DNA of 63,883 nt, the filler included, from Lenisia limosa (taxonomy: Eukaryota; Protista; Breviatea): NCBI GenBank assembly GCA_001655205.1. It is 12 parts of 12 records of this genome, joined end to end, with 100 filler letters (N's around TTAATTAATTAA, not from the genome) between each part and the next. Parts side by side here need not be neighbours in the genome. Positions count along the whole stretch, not along the records: positions 54,159 to 62,120 come from LPNZ01006321.1; positions 62,221 to 63,883 come from LPNZ01007840.1; 10 more parts are not named here. One strand, given 5' to 3'. This document shows, in pieces, positions 59,101 through 63,883 of this stretch; position 1 is the first letter of the stretch; every line of letters begins with the position of its first letter. The position numbers and the translations under genes were made by a program. The notes below the pieces were generated by a model that had not been told where the DNA came from, ran no database searches, and was given only the letters and a program-made list of their open reading frames with translations.

Positions 59101-60452
59101 TAGTAACAACGTATTAACACTCACCCCCCCCCNNNNNNNNNNNNNNNNNNNNNNNNNNNNNNNNNNNNNNNNNNNNNNNNNNNNNNNNNGTCCATGAGTA
59201 TTGCAGCGACTTGGAGATTCCCGTTCACAATTGCAGAGCAGAATATCTGGGGGGTCAAATGAAGTAAAATTAGAAAAACAAAATACACTCCTTATCAACT
59301 CAGTTAAGACACAGCAGGTGGTAAATAAACAAAATAATAAAAAAAGATAAACCGTGATTAGGGCTTCACTTCGGTAAGACTGAATTTCTCAATAATCTTC
59401 GAAAATTATCGATATTTTACTGGTATCTTTCGAACAGAAGTGAAACTCTTCACGTGGTTCATTATATAGAAATAGTGCTCAACCAAATCCCCCTCCCCCT
59501 TCCCCGAATAGTTCACAACCTAACTGAGTCTAAATCCTCGATTTCTTGGTTCTAAATCCTCGTGTTTAATTCCTTTTTGGAACATATCATACTGATAAAA
59601 ATCCAAAAAGGTGGTTATCGGGGAAGCTGATCAAAAGTTCCCAAACTTCAAGAGAATAATCCCAAATTTGTACTTTTCAGCATCAAGCTGATGAGATAAC
59701 ACTGACAAACTCGAGATGAAGGAAAATAGAGGAATAATTTTATGAAAAACCAGAAAAGGTTTGCACCCAGGCAATATTTTTCTTACTGTTTTCCCCTTTT
59801 CATCAAAATTTGCTCAAAATTCCACCCCCCCCCCCNNNNNNNNNNNNNNNNNNNNNNNNNNNNNNNNNNNNNNNNNNNNNNNNNNNNNNNNNNNNNNNNN
59901 NNNNNNNNNNNNNNNNNTTCATCAGGCTATGGGAAATTAGACAATCATCAAACCTTCAAGATACATATCATATAGCTATAGCAATGCGAAAAAAAAACAC
60001 AAAAAAAAAACAACGTTGTCCCTGGCTTAAGCCGTCCACACCATCACGCTTATCAGAGATATTAAATAATATACTATATTATTTCACTCAATCATTTGCC
60101 TTACAACTCTGTGCACACAGCTTTCTGCATACTTAGGAATTCACTCAGGTCCCAAGGACATTGAATTCCTCTGAAAATCCACGATAAATATCCACCCGTC
60201 AAGTTAATGCTAGGACTCTAGCTCACCAAATCGTTTGCCTACAACTACAATGACCGTGATAAGTCCTGACCGATTTTCCTAGTGAATTTGTCCAGGTCAC
60301 GTCACCGTCTTCACAGATTTTCGCTTGCCTCCCAAGCATAATACCATTACATCTTTACCCCCTTAAATACACTGCCCTACAGTGGAGATCAGTGCGTCCA
60401 CTAAAGCGAGCTGCTGATGTGGGGGGTACAGAACCACTTTATTGACAAGGGC
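56156..60452 (-). CDS. Multi-exon protein with ankyrin-like helical repeats (boundaries approximate)
   Basis: Exons AIVNGNLQVAAILM, RPLKRAIEKYEPDTIRSLVKY, HGYPDLAAYILQL, DGSPLHEIL and others on the minus strand. Confidence 0.45.
56602..56698. mobile_element. Family A MITE
   Basis: tagggcttcacgtcggttcaaaaa ... tcaaaccgaagtgaagcccca. Confidence 0.85.
57022..57082 (-). repeat. Family C repeat (3' part)
   Basis: Reverse complement: ttttcaaccctcgtgtcttgtcagccaacagagttgattttgggc. Confidence 0.8.
57201..57281 (-). repeat. Family G module, ends near a candidate acceptor
   Basis: Reverse complement: gtaagatttttcggttcgtgattaatacctt..ctttcgttttactctcc..caccag. Confidence 0.65.
57570..57647 (+). repeat. 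Family B repeat (3' half)
   Basis: ggtgaattaat..ataagcgtgatgatgtggacggcttcagccagacacaaccttgtttt. Confidence 0.8.
57775..57876. mobile_element. Family A MITE with perfect 8-bp TSD GTTACAAC
   Basis: gttacaac at 57767-57774 and 57877-57884 flank the TIR-bounded element. Confidence 0.92.
58482..58614 (-). repeat. Family B repeat, full length
   Basis: caggccgaagcc..attaattcacccaatcatttgcc..gcacacagctttctgcgtgcctccccagcat. Confidence 0.88.
58864..58938. mobile_element. Family D Tc1/mariner-like MITE, intact, TA TSD
   Basis: ta|cagtgacctagataagtcctgaccgatt ... aatcggtcaagacttatcccggtcactg|ta; 28-bp TIR with 3 mismatches. Confidence 0.9.
59359..59450. mobile_element. Family A MITE
   Basis: tagggcttcacttcggt ... 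tttcgaacagaagtgaaa. Confidence 0.8.
60009..60132 (-). repeat. Family B repeat
   Basis: cctggcttaagccgtccacaccatcacgcttat..tcatttgccttacaactctgtgcacacagctttctgcat. Confidence 0.85.
60248..60305. mobile_element. Family D MITE, degenerate
   Basis: ta|caatgaccgtgataagtcctgaccgatt. Confidence 0.6.
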
Positions 60453-62464
60453 ATTCTGGAAGATGTGAGAAGAGGGATTGAACATTATTGTTTGTTTGGA
60501 ATGAAGGGAAGAAGCTATTTGGGATAGTATCTTATTTTCAAATAAGCAAAAAAGGAATTGAGCTGGGTAAATATTTAACATCTCGCAGATTGGAATGGAT
60601 AATGTGATAGGAATGGCTTATATGCTTTGAATGGATAATGTTGATAGAAATGGCAAATTAGATTTGAATGGATGACAGTGATAGGCTCTTTCCAACCGTG
60701 ATGGTTACACCCCCCTTCGTCTCTCTCCTAACACACGCAACTGTTCTATCTTAGTGCCCTTCGTCACCTAACACATCTATCTTAGTGCGTCCATATTTAG
60801 AATCATACGCAGATGAAAAAAAAAACAATATTTAGAATCATACGCAGATGAAAAAAAACAATATGTTGTGTCTGGCCGAAGCCGATCCCTCTACCCTAAT
60901 ATTTACCATTGGTTGTATTGCACATTATGCAATATTCATGGGGGCTCAAGTCATGTTGTTGCATCTATTTGTGGTTATGTCGGAGTTTACACCCATTTTT
61001 GTTTCTTTCTACCCCCCTTACAGCTTCCCTCAGAGCAAGCTTAGATGAATATGATGACATGGCAACTGTGGAGGATAATAAGGGCTCCTTCAAGCGATCA
61101 ATCGACGGTTCTAAGGCCAGTATTAGGTATCTTCAATGATGTTGGCTGTTAAGAGTCGCTGAGATAGGCTTCAAGGGGAATCATTGAATGAGGGTTGGTT
61201 GCCTTTGTGTTTTGGGTGTTGCACCGGTTCTTTTCCACTAAAATCCTATAATATACAAAAAGGTGTATATATGGGCAAAAGGGCTGAAAAAGAGGACATC
61301 GCGTTTAAAACTTGATATTTCAATTAGGTCCCCCAGGTTCTTGTTACCCTTATCTCTTCCTCGCAGTGGCGCAGCCTTTTCCGTGTCTCCTTGAAAGTCT
61401 GATGATGATGTAATTAATAATAACAACAAAGGACATAATTGAGTTGTTCGAGATGTTACAAGAAAGATAAGATCTCAAAAACCAGCCCCCCCCCCTAATT
61501 GCCCTCCCTGCACAATGGAGGCCTTTATGACGTTATTCCAGTACCTGATAGACGGAAAGATGGAGGTGGGAGGGGACAACCTTATGGAGGGCATGGTGGT
61601 GGCTGGTGGTGGTGATGTTGATGAGATGATGTTGATGATGATGGTGATGATGATGATAGCCTCTTCCTGTTATTACTTTGTTTTCTTTATCATTCCAACT
61701 ATATTGCTTCTACTTTTTTGTCCTTGTGATCGTGGTATTGTATTGTTTCTTGATATTTGAATTTTTTTGGTCTTTTGCATAGGCTGCCGTTGGGGTGAAG
61801 GAGTACGTGATCCCAAGGGTTCTTTTTTTTTTGTTTGCAGTGAAGTCTCTATTGAAACTAGGATCATAGAGAGATTCCCCACTCACTTAGGAATGAAGTG
61901 ACCCAGTTTTACATTATCATCACATATGCACATGTTGTTTTCTTATTCTTCTGCATATTATTGGAGTTGCTCCATTTGGTAAGGAGCGCACAAAACTAGG
62001 TATTTTAACTCGCAAAGGTCGATGACGGGGTATCTCAGTTCATGGCTCTCTCAAGGCGTCACAAGGACGCCTATTTGGTGAGTCGGTGCTATCGTCATTA
62101 TCCCCCCCCCCCTCACTTGTNNNNNNNNNNNNNNNNNNNNNNNNNNNNNNNNNNNNNNNNNNNNTTAATTAATTAANNNNNNNNNNNNNNNNNNNNNNNN
62201 NNNNNNNNNNNNNNNNNNNNGGGAGTATAGAAGTATGGTGATTTATTTTCGGTATACCTAGATTTATTTGTTTCTCTAGATTTCTAATGTGTAGTATATC
62301 ATATTTCTTTAAAAAAAGAGAGAGGGAGGAGTCAAATTCGACCTTCTCTCCAACACCTGCGATATTATGACCCCGGTGCTTTGTCGTTTTAAACCCTTGT
62401 GTTGCTAGAAAACATTTGATTTTGGACTTTTTGTTTCATAATTGTTCCTGTTTACCCCACACAG

Positions 62465-62616
62465 CCCTTCTCAAAGGCGGTCAGCTGAGGGTACGAGACC
62501 TGGCAGAGGAAGACGTTTTCTGCATCCGAGAGGCTATGGAGGAGAAGAGCCTTGCAGGAGGCTTCGAGTGTCTGTTCCCACTTAGCTCGTCAGAAAACTA
62601 CACGCCATTTTTCGAG
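62465..62616 (+). CDS. Exon of a second TTL-like glutamylase (TTLL4/5-type C-terminal part of catalytic region)
   Basis: LAEEDVFCIREAMEEKSLAGGFECLFPLSSSENYTPFFE resembles the TTLL4/5 D.R.L.E.EDE..R.G.F.RIFP....Y..FFE segment; cacag/gtggg boundaries. Confidence 0.55.
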
Positions 62617-63005
62617 GTGGGCAAAGAGGATATTGGAGNNNNNNNNNNNNNNNNNNNNNNNNNNNNNNNNNNNNNNNNNNNNNNNNNNNNNNNNNNNNNN
62701 NNNNNNNNNNNNNNNNNNNNNNNNNNNNNNNNNNNNNNNNNNNNNNNNNNNNNNNNNNNNNNNNNNNNNNNNNNNNNNNCACTCAGCAAAGTCTATTGAC
62801 GACCTCAGTAACCCCAATTTCCCGCATGCTGGGTGGAGTGACCTTTGTTTTCAATATATATATGTAGCAATTATAGATATCATCTGATTACTCTATGTAT
62901 AGGTATCTAGTATACAAAAACTCTTGGTAGTTCCCAGGTGTCCCATATGCTTGTTGGATTGACTAATTTTGATAATAATAAAAACAATGCCGCGTTTCTT
63001 ACAAA

Positions 63006-63096
63006 GCTTCGGATCGAAAAAGACTAGCTATATATCGATAGTTTTCGAGGTTTTATCGAGACATTCAGTCTTTTTTTGAACCGAAGTGAAGCCCTA
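63006..63096. mobile_element. Family A MITE (left TIR partly deleted)
   Basis: gcttcggatcgaaaaaga ... tttttgaaccgaagtgaagcccta. Confidence 0.8.
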
Positions 63097-63883
63097 GCAA
63101 TAATAACATTCATCTCTGATTATTATTATTTTCACGTTGATGACGTCTGTCAGGAACCCGCCTTATTTTTTTCTCATTTCTCCATACTTCATTTAATTGG
63201 GGGGGAGCGTCTCGCCCATATTTAGTTTGACCTTTTTTAGAATCCGTTTACCTTCTTTCAAAGTCCCTCGCTCCTCCTCCCGTACCCCCACAAACACAAG
63301 GTACANNNNNNNNNNNNNNNNNNNNNNNNNNNNNNNNNNNNNNNNNNNNNNNNNNNNNNNNNNNNNNNNNNNNNNGATTTCTTACAACTTATCGGGCTCC
63401 TACCCGCGTTCTCCAATCACCCTGTAATTTATTTCAAGTAATAATTCATTTCAAAAAAATATTAAAGTTGAAATATTTTCAATCAATATTCAATAAAGAT
63501 ACTACACCCTGATTAGTTAGACCCCCCTAACACTCCCAGACCCCTTTCTTCCCGCCGCCCCCGTCGCCTCTCTAACGAGTCCCTTCCGGTTCGATCCGCG
63601 TCCTCTCTCCCGTAGGTCTTGGTTTGGGAGCAGTATGGTGAAGCTAAAGGTGAAACGGCAGTACTGGTACAAAAATAAAAACTCAACTATCAATACTCAG
63701 AAAGGGTATTTTTCGTTACTTTTCCTATTTTGCTGGTTCTGTATATGCCTGGAGGAGTAATATGATATACTGTCTATGATATTTATTTTGAGCGCACTAC
63801 CAACAATTAAATTGGCCTTTTTTTGCGTGCGTTATTATTGACTAATTAAATTTTGCTCATACTTTGAACATTTGCTGTTCTTT

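Noticed and set aside
60900-62100. Exon-like segments on both strands
   Set aside because: Strand and frame could not be resolved and no family was recognised, so they were left unannotated.
3552-63096. Family A palindromes as a CRISPR array or bacterial REP elements
   Set aside because: Dispersed singly in eukaryotic introns with TSDs, no regular repeat-spacer period and no cas-like ORFs.

Overview
Fragmented draft scaffold from an intron-rich eukaryote, probably a flagellated protist (two TTLL tubulin glutamylases and an MPP-alpha with a mitochondrial presequence; the species cannot be identified). It is broken by eleven artificial 100-bp linkers (N44-TTAATTAATTAA-N44) and has many internal N runs. 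Hand-splicing of GT-AG exons gives recognisable genes for a ZNF598/Hel2-like E3 ligase, NAXE, MPP-alpha, MCM6 (5' half), a TTLL polyglutamylase, MAP65/ASE1/PRC1, ATG12, a TPR+ARM protein, RpiB (partial), a WD40 fragment, an hnRNP F/H-like qRRM protein (partial), PDS5 (5' part), ankyrin-like proteins, a large Cys-rich/filamin-repeat surface protein and a second TTLL fragment. No rRNA, tRNA or CRISPR was seen. The non-coding DNA is the most unusual part. It holds at least six short dispersed repeat families, labelled here A-G: a hAT-like MITE with 8-bp TSDs (A), a Tc1-like MITE with TA TSDs (D), a hairpin-bounded TIR-less element (B), element C, longer relics (E/F), and family G, an ~85-bp module whose copies end exactly at 3' splice acceptors of unrelated genes. 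Introns also show donor-proximal G-runs and acceptor-proximal C-runs. All gene models were spliced by eye without database searches, so boundaries are approximate.
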